From the NCBI GenBank assembly GCA_002104905.1, contig MCFE01000648.1, positions 1-49,968 of the forward strand: a stretch of DNA of 49,968 nt, given 5' to 3'. Numbering within the stretch: position 1 is the first letter of the stretch; the number at the start of each line of letters is the position of its first letter. The notes beneath the pieces were generated by a model that worked only from the letters and a program-made list of their open reading frames with translations, did not search any database and was not told the DNA's origin. This stretch comes from Basidiobolus meristosporus CBS 931.73 (taxonomy: Eukaryota; Fungi; Basidiobolomycota). Position numbers and translations under genes: made by a program. Below are positions 1 through 12,334 of the stretch, piece after piece.

Positions 1-519
1 CCCAAGAATATTATGTCATACAGAACACGTAGTAGCCAACACATGTTTCAAATTACAGCTCATTTGAAGCAGTACTTAAGGAGTTATGACCAAAAGAGTC
101 CAACTATTATATATACTATGCCTTATTGCTAGGATTACTATGGTGACTTTGATTGTGTGTAACTTTTGAACCAGCAATCAAATCACATGAAATTTTCACA
201 GGTGCTGCACCTATGTCCAATCTGCGTCATTGCAAAATTTTAGCTTTGTATCACGTGTATTGCTTGCGCAATTGCCCAAAAACTTTGATCCTTCAAGATT
301 TTCATATATATGACTTCCCCAGCTGAAAAATAAAAGAGAGCCTCTCTTTCCAGAATCTCCACACTACAATTACAAGTTTAAAGGTTATAAGACTTCCCCT
401 GCATCACTTGCACTGTTGAGTATTCTGACTTTGATTGGTACTACATCAGTAAAGAGACTGCAAAGCCCACAAGAATCCAATCTAAGTTCTACAAGAAACT
501 ACCACTTTTCTGTCGGAAA

Positions 520-732
520 AGTCCCCTCTAAGAAGCCCCTTTACTCTAAAGACACCCCTTTAGTCTAAAGACCCCCTTAGAGACCCCTTTAAGAAACCCC
601 TTTACTCTAAAGAAGCCCCTTTAGGCACCCCTTTAGTGTAAAGTCCACTTTAGAGACCACTACAAGAAGCCCCTTTACTCTAAAGACACCCCTTTAGAGA
701 CTTCTACAACACACCCCTTTAGGTTAAAGGGG
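520..732. repeat. Degenerate tandem array of ~10 CCCCTTTA-core units ending in a perfect 8-bp hairpin (714-732)
   Basis: Repeated (a/g)CCCCTTTA cores with ctctaaag/gag spacers; terminal CCCCTTTA-GGT-TAAAGGGG stem-loop. Confidence 0.8.
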
Positions 733-1839
733 AGTTCAGAATTTCCATATTAGGAAATATTTTCTCAGAAAGGAAAGTGACTTCCAAATAAGGAAAAGTT
801 ACTATAAAAGTAAATAAGCCCATTAGTTGACAGAAGGTCAGAACACTGCTGTAGAAGTGATAAACACTGCTTACAGTATATTTTGAGCCTAAGATTGAGA
901 AAATTAGTGAAAGTTATATCTTCTATCAGTATATCAAACTCCCAATAAACTATTTCAGTATTAGCATACTGGAAGTTGTTGTATAATGTTGATTAGCCTC
1001 TCACTTGTCGAACAAGCCCCAAACTAATCATAATACAACACAACAGAACAACTACCAAATGCCTCAGTAGTAATCCCTGTGAGAAAAAAACCTAGGAGAA
1101 GAGAATGCAATTGCATTGAATTGCTATTATTTTTCAAGATCCAATCAACACATCTTTTTGGCAATCCAAATTGAGAAATTGCAAATCTGTGATCACTAAA
1201 CTTTTGATATAGGTAATATCAAGGTTGTCTCACATTTTAGACAGAACCCACATAAATAAGCACCCTGCATATTTATACACCATCTGTAACACCAGTGCAA
1301 CCATTTGATCTGTTTTGCATCTTTTTGATTGGTTGTGTGCTAGCTATGACACTTTGCCCAATCACTAGGATTAGGGATTTACTTGCTTAGTGGGCAAACA
1401 GGGATACTTGATGGCAAATCAGGTAGCTTGTGTACTGGTCAAATAGCCAATTGGGGGCTGACAGCTTCAGGATACTTTTGGACCAATTAACCACTGGGAT
1501 ACCAACCAATTGGAGTGATGGTGACCAAAATGGTAAGTATCAGTGTAGTTTATAGTGTGATATGCATTTATTTTCATTTACATTAAAGAAACATACCCAA
1601 ATACTGGATTTTACCCACCATAATAGTGGTATCCAATTGTGCATTTGATGCAAACATTACAAGTTGGCACAATCATCCGTGCCAACCTCATTGTGTCAGA
1701 TTGTACCACAGTGTTCAACATTGTCCCACATGGTGCCAGATTCTCCAAGAGCACTCCTGTCTACTGGCAGCTACAATATTGCACCCAATTGTTCTTAGAT
1801 ACTACAGATTGTGCCATGTGCCCTGGCATGGTACAATGG

Positions 1840-2653
1840 AACAAGTTGAATTCCAAGAGATTCCAATGAAGAAGGTTTTCATGGGTGACTATATAGTACT
1901 TGATGCAGTGGGAGAAGGAACTACACAAGTAAACTTTGGAAACAGTGAAGGAAGCCATACATTGACCTTTGCCAAAGTACTCTATACACCAGAAATAGCC
2001 AAGAAGCTACTATCTGTAAGCAAAGCTATCATGGAAGGACTCTCTTTCAACTTGGATAATTCTGCATGCAAGATCATAGGCCAAAATGGTGCTCATATTG
2101 CCTCAGGTACCAGAGACCAGAATCTGTAGAAGTTGACTCATATTCCATCATATCTGTAGCCAATATAAGTAACCTGAATGAAGAAATACCAATGCTATGG
2201 CACAGGAGATTTGGACACATCAATTTTGATTATTTGCGTAAAATGATCAAAGATCAGCTAATTTCCGTAGTAGATATTGATCCCCCAGCTACAAGATACA
2301 TGTGGGTCTACTTCAAGGAGAGGAAGGAATAAGCTCTATAAGTTCATGAAGTTTAAAGCTATGGCAGAGAGAGAAACTGGTGAAACAATCAAGAAAATAT
2401 GCTATGACAATGGTAGAGAATATACCTCAGAACTCTTCATCCACTACTGCAAAATCATGGGATAAAGCAAAAGACTTCTGTACCATACTCCCCGCAACAA
2501 AATGGAGTAGCAGAGTGTGCAAACAGACTAAAAAGTGATATGGCAAGATGTATGATCCATAATCAGAAAGTATCCTATGATTTTTGGGCGGAATTAGTTG
2601 CCAAAGCTATATACCTTAAAAATAGGAGTTATTGCAAATACTTTGTAAATTTT
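1840..2653 (+). pseudogene. Old Ty1/copia pol remnant, left half (protease tail, pre-integrase, integrase)
   Basis: EIPMKKVFMGD, LWHRRFGHINFDYLRKM and YDNGREY motifs are colinear with the intact-length copy at 17.5-18.5 kb; stops and an internal deletion; ends at the CACTA terminus. Confidence 0.85.
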
Positions 2654-3015
2654 CCCTACAAAATATAATTTGGTCCTGCAGGTGGATCCAATCCAGATTG
2701 TCTGTCAAGATCCCATTTAGAGACCATCATAATAACAGCAGCTTGGAATTAGTGACCCTCCTGACAATGTTATAACAAGATCATGATGGTGTTTTGCAAA
2801 TTTTACAGCCAAATAAAGGGATAAACTTGACAATTTTTAATTGGTGCTGTGACAATATTTGCATGGTATTGTTGCGGTCTTTCAGTGCTCTATTACTATT
2901 TTAAGTGAAGCTAGTCAGTCAGGACTCCCAATTGTCTTATATGGCAAGAAACTTGACGGTATTTTGACAGCCTCACAGCAAGACTCCGATGGCATTTTTT
3001 CAGCAGTATGACTGC

Positions 3016-6000
3016 CTACTGCTGGTTTGGTATAATGCTACTGTACCAATTTACCAAATGGTATTTCCTTTTTCTACCTCCCCTTGTGCAGCTCATATAT
3101 TCCACTGTAAAATCACCTTTCTTTATTTGCTTACCCACTACTACCTGCGTATTTCCCATATAGTTCAAATCAAAAAAAACTATGGCCTCCTGCTTACTAA
3201 CCTCTACAAACATGCACACCAGCTGCAATTGACATACTTCTATCACCTCAACTTTACGGCTTTTTAGTGTGAGACTTACAAAGTTGCCACATACCTTGTA
3301 CTGCTGGTAGCATATACATCTTGCAAACATATGCTTGGTTGTTGCCACTTCTGCCATGAATACTTCCTGAATATTGGCAAAGAGCTTCTTGGTATTTAGC
3401 CAATATATTCCTTCTCCCTGCTGGATTCTAGTCCCCCTTATAGGTGTGCTCTGGCTTTTGTTTGTGTGAACTCCATATTGAATGGTTTAGAAGTTGGCTT
3501 GTGACCACAAGAAATCCGGCATATCTTGGTGGAGTTTTCCTGATAAAATTAGTTTCTTGTTGCACCCAACCCAACTTTGCATCACTAAATTGATTACCCA
3601 CACATTGGGGCTGCTTAGCTTCTTAATGCCATAGGCATAGGTGTCTCCATGTGCACCTTTGTCCTCAGTATTTTCCAATTCTTTCTGGCTGTCCTCCATG
3701 TGCCAACTCATCACATCCATAATAGACTTGAAGGTAATATTCTAAATGAGATTGGGATATGGTAGTACCTGCAACTTGACTTATCTTCCTATCTCCCTAC
3801 ACATCTGCTCTATAGGAAGCTCCCAAAAGGTGAAGCAAGGCCCTATATTCTCCACACACCGTGCAAGATGGAGTGAGAAGGGATACAGTAGCAGCAGAGA
3901 TCTACGCCTTCAGCTTTATGTTTGTAGTATAGCCGCTCAAATCCCATCACAAACTCCTCACACAAGAGCTGTAGATGCGTCAAGTTGGCATTGGTGATCC
4001 ACTTCTGGATAAATATTCCTACAATGGTCACATATGACTCCCAATGCTCCCAATGTACTCTTGGTAGGAATGGCTTCAGAACACCACTTGAATAAATATA
4101 TATCCAGTTCATCCAGTCTTTGCATTTGTATTGTTACATATGTGTATAAATATTAATTGGAGCCCATGAGAAGTACTTAGGGTAGCAGATACTCTGTAAT
4201 ATCTTGCCAATTTTTTCAAATTTCTCCGGTATCTCAAAGGGCTCATTTAGCATGAAATGCCCCATATACAACATGGTCATCAGTATAGGGATATTGTTGA
4301 GAAGCAAATGCATTGTTCCCAGTGGAAAGCTTTTGCTCCAACAGATACCCTCTATTGTAAGTATCTCCAGTGTCCAATTGATTCCATACTCCGGTGTGGT
4401 AAGGTAAACATACCTCCCACAGACAAGTTTATTCATATAGCCATTATGATATACTTATCCATAGTTTATCTTATCAGTATAATCCCATTCTTCTTTGCCC
4501 ATATTATCAGTATTATCCCCATATGATGTTTACCCTGATTAGCTATTAGCATTAGTTATCCCTGATGTTATTCAGCTTTGTGATCAGTATATGTATCTAC
4601 ACAAGGCAAGTACCCATGTCAGTACCCGTGACACATGATCTAGGTCTGTGTTACCATTGCTGCCATTTCAATACCATATATAGTATTTCTATGTCGCACA
4701 GGTTTCAGACTACTGATTCCTGATTTGTTGGATGTGCTGTGCCTTTTAGAACCTTCCAGGACATTATTGGCATATTTTTAGCTCATAGTAATGTCATCAA
4801 GAATTCCACTGATGCCTAGAATCTTCTAGAACCTTGTTATTAGTTATCACTTGGCAATCAGGAAAAGTATTTAAGGGAAAGCAATCTCTCATCAATAAAT
4901 CATCCCTTCTATCAGTAACACTTCTACCTTGTTGATTAGCAGTTGATCACTGCACCTGCCTTCAACAGTACATCTCAGACCTGCCATCAAGGAGCTTTTC
5001 AGGGTAGTGCACAAGACACACGGAGGTCTTTGAAGACACTTGGAGCACCTAGGAAGCTAGAGAAGCAGGAGCTTTTACTATAGTGACATATTGACAAAGA
5101 CACCAGCAGTTTAGACACAGAGGTTACTGCACCCATCTGACACCTCACACACCTTGAGTTGTGTAGCTTTTCCCAGGAGTACCTCTACACCACCACACTG
5201 GCCAATGGCTTATAGCTTGCCAACTTTGCTGCAATTGCATGCTTACTTCTGTACATTCTCTCTGTGGAAAGATGATGTTTTTAGTACTGGTGTTTATGTA
5301 ATAATAATATATGTGAGTTATAGAGTAAATCCCCTGGATCTCACACATTCAACAGCAATACCATCTATTGTGCCCTGAAAAGCCTGCTCTCTTGCTGATG
5401 GCTGGGGTATCTCCAATGCAGATAATAATATGCACCTTTACATGACGGCCACTTACTGTTATCCTGCTGGAAAGCATACAGAATTCATCCATCAATGGAT
5501 ACAGGTAGCTATCCAGGTTGTATGGTGATTTAGGCCCTGATACCAGTGAGACTATCATTAGATTATTACTCTGATACTGTACAATGGGTGGCAGATTCAG
5601 ATTGATGAGAATCAGTGGCCAGCAGGATTTGCTGGCAGAGTACTTGTATAATGAGAATCCATCAAGTGCTAAAGCAAAGGCATGGTCATATATACCTTCA
5701 AAGTAGCCCTTGCTTCTTAGCTGTTTGTAATGTTTGCCATCAAATATATGGAATATGTTTGCACTTGATTGATACGGAGTGTGGTACTGTATAGCTTTGC
5801 AATATTTGTTGGACTGCATCAGCTTCCTCAGACAGGGTATGACCAGAATATATCTGGAGTGTGAACAATGTTTTCCCTCAATGTTGGTGGATTCCTGACA
5901 ATTTGGACACATTGCAATGGTAGCATTTTTGGATGTGAATGCCATGCAACTGTTAACACATGCTGGAATTAGGACAGTCTCTGGATCATTTGTTGCCAGC

Positions 6001-6365
6001 CACATGACAGTTGTCCACTTGTACCATGTACATGGTAAGTTGCATCCAGGTATGATTTTGGCAAAAAGTAGTAATAAATCCTCAAAGCCCCCATAACTGA
6101 TATTAGTGGAAATGTGCCACTTCTCTAGCCACAACATTACATCATTCACCAGTAGATGGATTACTGGGCTCACTTGGCTCCATAAGGTATCCTTGGCATT
6201 TGTTTCAACAGGTGTTGTCTCATTGCATATAGGGATTTGACTGGGCTCATACATGGTACTGTTGTTAGGGGAGATAGGCTCAAAATCCATCAGTGAACCT
6301 TCTTTGTCAGAGCTATCACTCTGCATGCCATATTCAGAAGGCTGAGGTGAGCCTAAATGCATCAC
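3016..6365 (-). pseudogene. CACTA (Tnp2/Transposase_21-like) transposase, disrupted
   Basis: ORF 5349-6365 has IPACVNSCMAF...CPNC, ALDGFSLYK, CWPLILINLNLPP and GPKSP motifs. It continues in fragments 4134-4436 (YGIN...SFPLGTMHLLLNN) and 3016-3357. Multiple stops and frameshifts. Confidence 0.85.
4617..5142. mobile_element. Possible solo LTR of an unrelated family interrupting the transposase
   Basis: TGTCAG...CTGACA inverted ends, internal TATTTAA followed by AATAAA; non-coding gap between transposase motifs; no TSD found. Confidence 0.3.
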
Positions 6366-6829
6366 AAACTCACCTGACTAAGTTTGCACAAGGTGACAAA
6401 GATGGTCAGGTTCCAATATAGAATTATCAACTGGCCAGCAAGATAATGTTGGTACAGTAATGACCAATGAATGGTTGAATATGACTTGGCTGGCAAAACA
6501 CTAGTGGTGATCCTTGTAATACTTCCTATGCTGTCTGCATGCTTCATGGCTGAGAGGCTTGCCACAATAGCCACATGGTCTTTTTTCTCTTCTCTTACGG
6601 CATTAAGTCAAAATAGTCTTGTCCATGGGGCACACAGTTTGACCTTCAGCAACATAATGCTATTATATCACTTTTTGGTCAATACTCATGTGAACTTAAG
6701 ACAGTCTTGTATTTGAGACATTGCACCTACATAAATGTAAGATTCAATGATGACCTGCCATAGTAAGCATTTTAAATAAAGTTGTGTCACCACATATACA
6801 TGTATGTGTAACACTATTTCCCCTTTGGT

Positions 6830-8200
6830 TTGACTCACTTCCATATATATGCTGCCAAAAATAAAGCAAAGTTGTCTGGTTCTCTGCCAAACCCCACTGC
6901 TGAAGGCAACAGAAGAATGATTGGACAACAGCTTGCTTTGACATTCAGTGCAACAAGCAGGACTACATCTAAAAAAGGCCCTGTGGACAGTGTGCCCATT
7001 GAAGGTAATAATGTGGACTCCTCAGGCTCTCAGTCAAGTAGGCAATTGAGAACCTCTGTGGAGCCACAAGCTGCCTGTTATGCTCAGGCAGATGAGAATG
7101 TAGCAAATGCACTACCCTCAGTTTAAGATCAGCAAGTGGCCATGATAACATCACCACCACCCATATTAGCAAGTATGTTGTCAGCTCATACTAAAGCAAT
7201 AATGAAGGAATTAGGTGCAGTGGCTGATAGGATAGATGCAATAGCCCAGAGAAATCAGGAAGTAGTGCGGAAACAGGATGAGTGGATAATATGTGTAGAA
7301 CAATCAATATCCCAGGTAGAGAAAGCAGTATCTTTGCTGCAAAGAAGGAACTCAAGTAGCTCAATGTCACAGCCAAGATTTGAGCCGTTTCCCAATGTAA
7401 CAGCAGAGGAACGCCGTACAGTCTTTGAAGCACAACAACAGTGCCCAAGGATAAAGCCCACATAAAAACCTATCAGAGCATGGGAGGGAGGCAATATGGT
7501 GTTTATACCAAAGCCTAAAAATCAAAAGACATTGAAGATCCATGAAGCTGTTGAGTGCAATAATGAAGAGTGGGCTAATATACAAGAGGCCATCAGAAGT
7601 CTAGCATGCCATCACCTTAAGGCCAGCATACTGTGGGACCATCAGGAACTCAAGGCCAAGCAGAATGCACTTGACTTGTTCCATGAGCATTGTCCTGGAT
7701 TTAAACGGGCAAATGAATTTTGGGCCAGCATTGGTATGCTAAGAAAGTATCTTAAAAATAGCAGAAACTATCAAAGGCAGAAGAACAAGGGTGCCATGGC
7801 TAAAAACCAGCGGCTTCCTCAAGAGCCTGTTACAAGCAGGGCCAAAACTTCCAGACAAGCATCAAAGAGATATCAGGCAGCTGGAAGAGTGCCAATTAAG
7901 GACAAGCAGGCAGACATGGATGCACCAGCACAACATTTATCAAGGAAAAAGCGTAGTACCACTCAAGAAGCACCCAGTCAAAGTAGCAGTGAAGGGCCTG
8001 GCAGTGATAAAAACCAGCTGCTTTACAGGAGCTCATCACAACTACAGTTGAGAGCTCAAAACAATCTAAAAAAGAAACATCAGGTTGCCAGAAGAGTACC
8101 AGCAAGGGACAAGCAGGCCAAAACAGATGCGTCAGAGCAGAATTTATCCAGGAGAAAATGTAGTTCTATACTAGAAGCACTCAGACAAAGTAGCAGTTAA
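6830..8200 (+). pseudogene. CACTA accessory (TnpA-like position) gene, divergent from the transposase; fragmented or spliced
   Basis: Three consecutive + strand ORFs (6830-7126, 7136-7465 coiled-coil-like, 7496-8200) inside the element. Family assignment is by position only. Confidence 0.5.
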
Positions 8201-8218
8201 AGACCTGGCAGTGATAAA
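7874..8218 (+). repeat. Diverged in-frame internal duplication (7874-8011 and 8081-8218; period 207 bp = 69 codons)
   Basis: RVPIKDKQA...LSRKKRS...QSSS versus RVPARDKQA...LSRRKCS...QSSS; shared ggcagtgataaa at 8000 and 8207. Confidence 0.8.
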
Positions 8219-9245
8219 GGAAAAGGTTAAAGGAAAAATGTTTACCCTAGCCTGAGACAGGGAGGCATGCAAAAAAAACTGCAGTTCTTGCTAATTAATG
8301 CTGCAAGCCAGGAACAGACTGAATCCTATCATAGCCAAGAAGAATTACCAACAAGAAAACAGCTGTTTTAACATGAGTTGGAAGCGCAGCCAGTTGAGCT
8401 ACACTCCAGCAAGGTAGATGAGTTTGCTGAAAAAGGCAATTTGTCTACCACAACATCCACAGCCTCATTGTGGACAGAGTGGAGAGCCCACTGACAGACA
8501 AGGCTACAACACCAAGAGCTCAAAAGACTATCACAATGCCTTCAGTGGAGCTTTGGAACATTAATAGGCACACCAAGAGGTTGCAGCACTTCTTCAGAGC
8601 AGTGCTCAAGAAAACTCACTGGAATATTGCAAGGATTTATTGCAAAGACTGGCAGATGAGGAGCTAAGCCTTGCAGTGGCAGCTGAAGACCAAGATGTGT
8701 GGGAAGCAGTGAATGAACAGTGGCATAAAACCATTGGGTTCCTGCCAAAGTTGTGGAACCAGAGTGTTACAGCAGAAATACTTATTGAGTGGTGGATTTT
8801 AATGGAGTTACTTGTTGAGTGTGGGGTTGGGCTTAATGTTATTGTAGGGCATAGAGACTTGTATAGGTCAGTACAATTGGCAATTGAGGTACAACTGAAG
8901 TTTCAACAAAAATAAATCAATTTGTATGCATGAAAAGTAAGAGAAACAGTTGTGTCAGGAAGTAAAGAGTGTGAAAAAGAGGCAATAGCCAGTCAATTCA
9001 CACAAAATAGGAGGCAATAGAGTGTCCAGGATCAGAAAGTGAGCAAATTGGCAGGGAACCAATCAAAAGCCACCTGTACATTGTGGTGATGAAAAATTTT
9101 GACAAAGTTTTTTGTGAAATCTGAGGTAAAATTATTTTTCAACAGTCTCTGGAGGGTGTCCTGACAAGATCAGTACCTCTTAGTCACAGGACATTAACTT
9201 TGTGACGGCCGTTTGATGGGATCATCTCATTAACTTTTCACTGGA

Positions 9246-10350
9246 TTACTCCATCTGAAGCATGGAATGAATACCAACTAAGTGTAAAACATCTAGGAAT
9301 AGGTGGGTATATAGCATATGCCAAGAAACTGCCTGCAAATCAGTCAAAATTTGAGCCAAAAGGTATAAAATGCATATATTTGGGCTACTGCAATGAGAGT
9401 AAAGCATAAAAGCTCTACAATGCCAAAGTACAAAGTTGATCAAGTCCAGGGATGTGTTGTTTACCAAAAATATTAAGTTTTCACAAAAAATGGCATCAGA
9501 TGATGACTAAAATTGGATCAAATATACCAATTGTCAGGATTGGATTGGAGCAAAACAATAAAAATTTTTGCACTCCAGAGGACTTTACAACCATAGCTCA
9601 GCCGGAATCAGTCCCCAGAAATATCCAAGAAGTGAGCAATCCAGTATCAAATGCCCAGAAATCCAAGCAGACAAGAAAAAGCTCAAATTACTATATCAAT
9701 GAGTGTACAAGCTTAGCCTATGCCTATTCAGTCCAGGTTAATGAGCCCCATCCTGTAAAAGAGGCTATAATAAGCCTCAGACAGAGTTTTAGAGATCTTC
9801 AATGACTGATGTATATCAAGCCCTGATGGAAAATCAAGCCTGGGACTTAGTCAAATTACCAATCAACCAAAAATTAATTGGATGCAGATAGATCTTTAAG
9901 ACAAAATACATGGCTGATGGTTCATTTGAAAGATGCAAAGCAAGACTTGTGGCCAAAGGATACTATCAAACAAATGGACTTGACTATACAGAGACCTTTT
10001 CACCAGTAGCCAAGTTTAATTCCATCACATTGATATTGGCTATTGCAGCCAAATACAAGTTTTTTATACATCAAATGGATGTAAAAGCTGCATTTTTGAA
10101 TGAAAAGCTTGATGAGGGCATGTGTGTGGACCAGCCTGATGGGTTTGCTGACCAAAATAGCTCATGTTTGGTCTGCAAGCTTAAGAAGTCTCTCCATGGT
10201 CTTGAAACAATCACCAACAGCCTGGAATTGCAAGATAGATTTTTATTTGGAATCTCTGAGTTTCAAAAGGAGTAATGCTGACTATTTTATATACTATAAG
10301 CCAGATAGAGCAAATCCAGCTCTGTTAGCTCTGTATGTGGATGACCTTTT
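9246..10350 (+). pseudogene. Old Ty1/copia pol remnant, right half (integrase C-terminus to RT YVDD)
   Basis: [20 protein letters not shown] and ALYVDDL motifs; colinear continuation of 1840-2653. Confidence 0.85.
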
Positions 10351-10427
10351 TAGCCACTTGGCCTGCTCCAATGGACTTGTGCCATTTTGTGCAGTTTGGT
10401 GGGTTCTGGTGGTTTTGCTCTGAAGTG

Positions 10428-10776
10428 TGTTGTAAAAATTTGTAATTCCACCTAAATATTCACCTAACTTAGTCACTTAGATCATTACCCTCAAATCCTA
10501 GAGAATACTGACCAAATTTCTTGTTGGGATTTACTTAGAATATTTTCACCAAAATACCAGGTACTCAGAACATGAAAATTCTCAAAGTTGTCCAAACAGC
10601 CCCAAACTTTGCACCCATGTCCTTGGGACCTTCCTTGATCTATTCTATGTGTTTTTAATGCCAAGACCATGTAAAAGTATAAATACTACTTTTACATTCA
10701 ATAAATCATTAAGTGAAAAGCATGTAATCTACTTGTCCTCCCAATCACTCCTAATATCTCCAAGACTCTTACAACA
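10428..10776 (+). mobile_element. Copia-family LTR (349 bp) without target-site duplication
   Basis: TGTTGTAAAA...TTACAACA, near-identical to the other LTRs; flanks AAGTG and ATAAC do not match. Confidence 0.9.
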
Positions 10777-11048
10777 ATAACCAACTTTGCGTGGTCTGTT
10801 GAGAGCCAACTAGGTTGTAGAAACAAGTGGAGTTTGACTATGTTGATGAAACCTTGGAATTCATTTTGGGAGCCACCGAACTTGGTAATGAAAGTGATCC
10901 TGGGATAATGGTAGGAGGGAGTATAGATAGGCTGTTGAGTATTTTAGCTATGAAGCTGAGCAACAGAGCTTCTGAGATCTGCATTGTCTTGTTGCAGCTG
11001 GGCAAAGGCAGTCATGAGGCCTGCAAAGTTGTATGCTGGACTGGACAT
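10777..11048 (-). pseudogene. Ty3/gypsy-like gag N-terminal remnant
   Basis: Minus strand reads MSSPAYNFAGLMTAFAQLQQDNADLR..*..PRITFITKFGGSQNEFQGFINIVKLHLFLQPSWLSTDHAKL, resembling the gypsy capsid FxG..F.GF...L.P...D motif; truncated by the LTR. Confidence 0.55.
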
Positions 11049-11785
11049 GTTGGGGTAACAGGAGGTAGAGAGGTTTCTTGAGCTTGTTCAGGAATACTGG
11101 ATACTAATAGCTAATATGTGGGTTATAAAACAACTGGTTTGTTAAGAATGCAACTATTGTGCTGCAATCCCCAACTTGGAATTAGTTAATGTCATTTCAG
11201 AATGCACTGGCTTTAGCATCCTTTGGAAGAGTATTGTACTCAAGCTTCCATTACTGTAACAACTGTAAACTACACAAGCAGGTTAATAAAGTCAATGAAG
11301 CTTTGGCCAATAATTCTTCAAAGATATAGGATCTGTGCCTTTAGAGGATAAGACTAGGGAAAGATTCAGGGTAATTCCTATGGTAGGTATTCCTTTCAAA
11401 GTTCTTCTCAAGAACTTTGGGTAGAAGGCAGCAATCCACAGGTACATCAAGAGCAGTCTGATAAAACTTTTATGAATAGATACAAGGCAGGAGAGTAGAG
11501 CTTGGCAAGGCAGGACAAGGAAAGGACTTAGGTGTGGATCAACAAGTCATGGCAGATTTCCAAGGCAAGGCTGTTTATTCAAGACCTGTGTTTATCAGGC
11601 TGAGGAATACATTAGGGGGATAGAGATATATAAGCTTTTGGCAACATGGATGTCAAGAGATAGTGGCTAATACTGATGGGGTCCTGGGGTGAGGCACAGT
11701 AAGTGAGCTAAGATAGAAACATACTCAAAAACAGACTAGAAAATCACATTGGGATATGCCAAGAGTCAGCTGATTATGCAACTAG

Positions 11786-12133
11786 TGTTGTAAAACTTGT
11801 ATTTCCACCTAAATATTCATCAAACTTAGTCACTTAGATCATTACCCTCATATCCTAGAGAATATTGATCAAATTCCTTGCTGGGATTTACTTAGAATAT
11901 TTTCACCAAACTACCAGGTACCCAGAACATGAAAATTCTCAAAGTTGTCCAAACAGCCCCAAACTTTGCACCCATGTCCTTGGGACCTTCCTTGACCTAT
12001 TATACATGTTTTCAATGCCAAGACCATGTAAAAGTATAAATACTACTTTTACATTCAATAGATCATTAAGTGAAACCCACATAATCTACTTGTTCTCCCA
12101 ATCACTTCCAATATCTTCTAGACTCTTACAACA
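11786..12133 (+). mobile_element. Solo copia LTR with 5-bp TSD ACTAG
   Basis: TG...CA ends, 348 bp; ACTAG at 11781-11785 and 12134-12138. Confidence 0.95.
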
Positions 12134-12334
12134 ACTAGATCATGGGACATGCAATTACCATGTATAGTATTGAGCTACATATATTCCAAAGGGAAGCTGC
12201 TGTAGAACATTCTGCAGAGTTATGTTGACTTAGAACTTTCAAGAAGTTGCTGGAATGTAGTAGAGCTTCCTAGATGGAACTGGGACTTCTTTACCAATTT
12301 GATTTGACCAGATCATGAAAGGTCATGGATGTCA

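Larger units (their letters stand above)
2654..9244. mobile_element. CACTA/EnSpm-like DNA transposon, ~6.6 kb, apparently full length, inserted in a copia integrase gene
   Basis: Left end CCCTACAAAATATAATT. The right end ...TTTTCACTGG is a decayed form of ...TTTTCATAGGG seen in the other copies (22172, 41398). Copia integrase sequence breaks at 2653 and resumes at ~9246 (tactccatctgaagcatgg). Contains a Tnp2-type transposase. TSD not resolved. Confidence 0.8.

Noticed and set aside
520-732. CRISPR array, telomere or Helitron 3' end
   Set aside because: No constant repeat with unique spacers in a eukaryotic context; the core is CCCCTTTA, not CCCTAA/CCCTAAA; no CTRR follows the hairpin.
11865-12167. 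ORFs starting in LTRs (MIKFLAG..., MLVMPRPGK..., MTKLGEYLGG...) as stand-alone genes
   Set aside because: They are translations of LTR sequence running into unrelated flanks; only the open-frame observation is kept.
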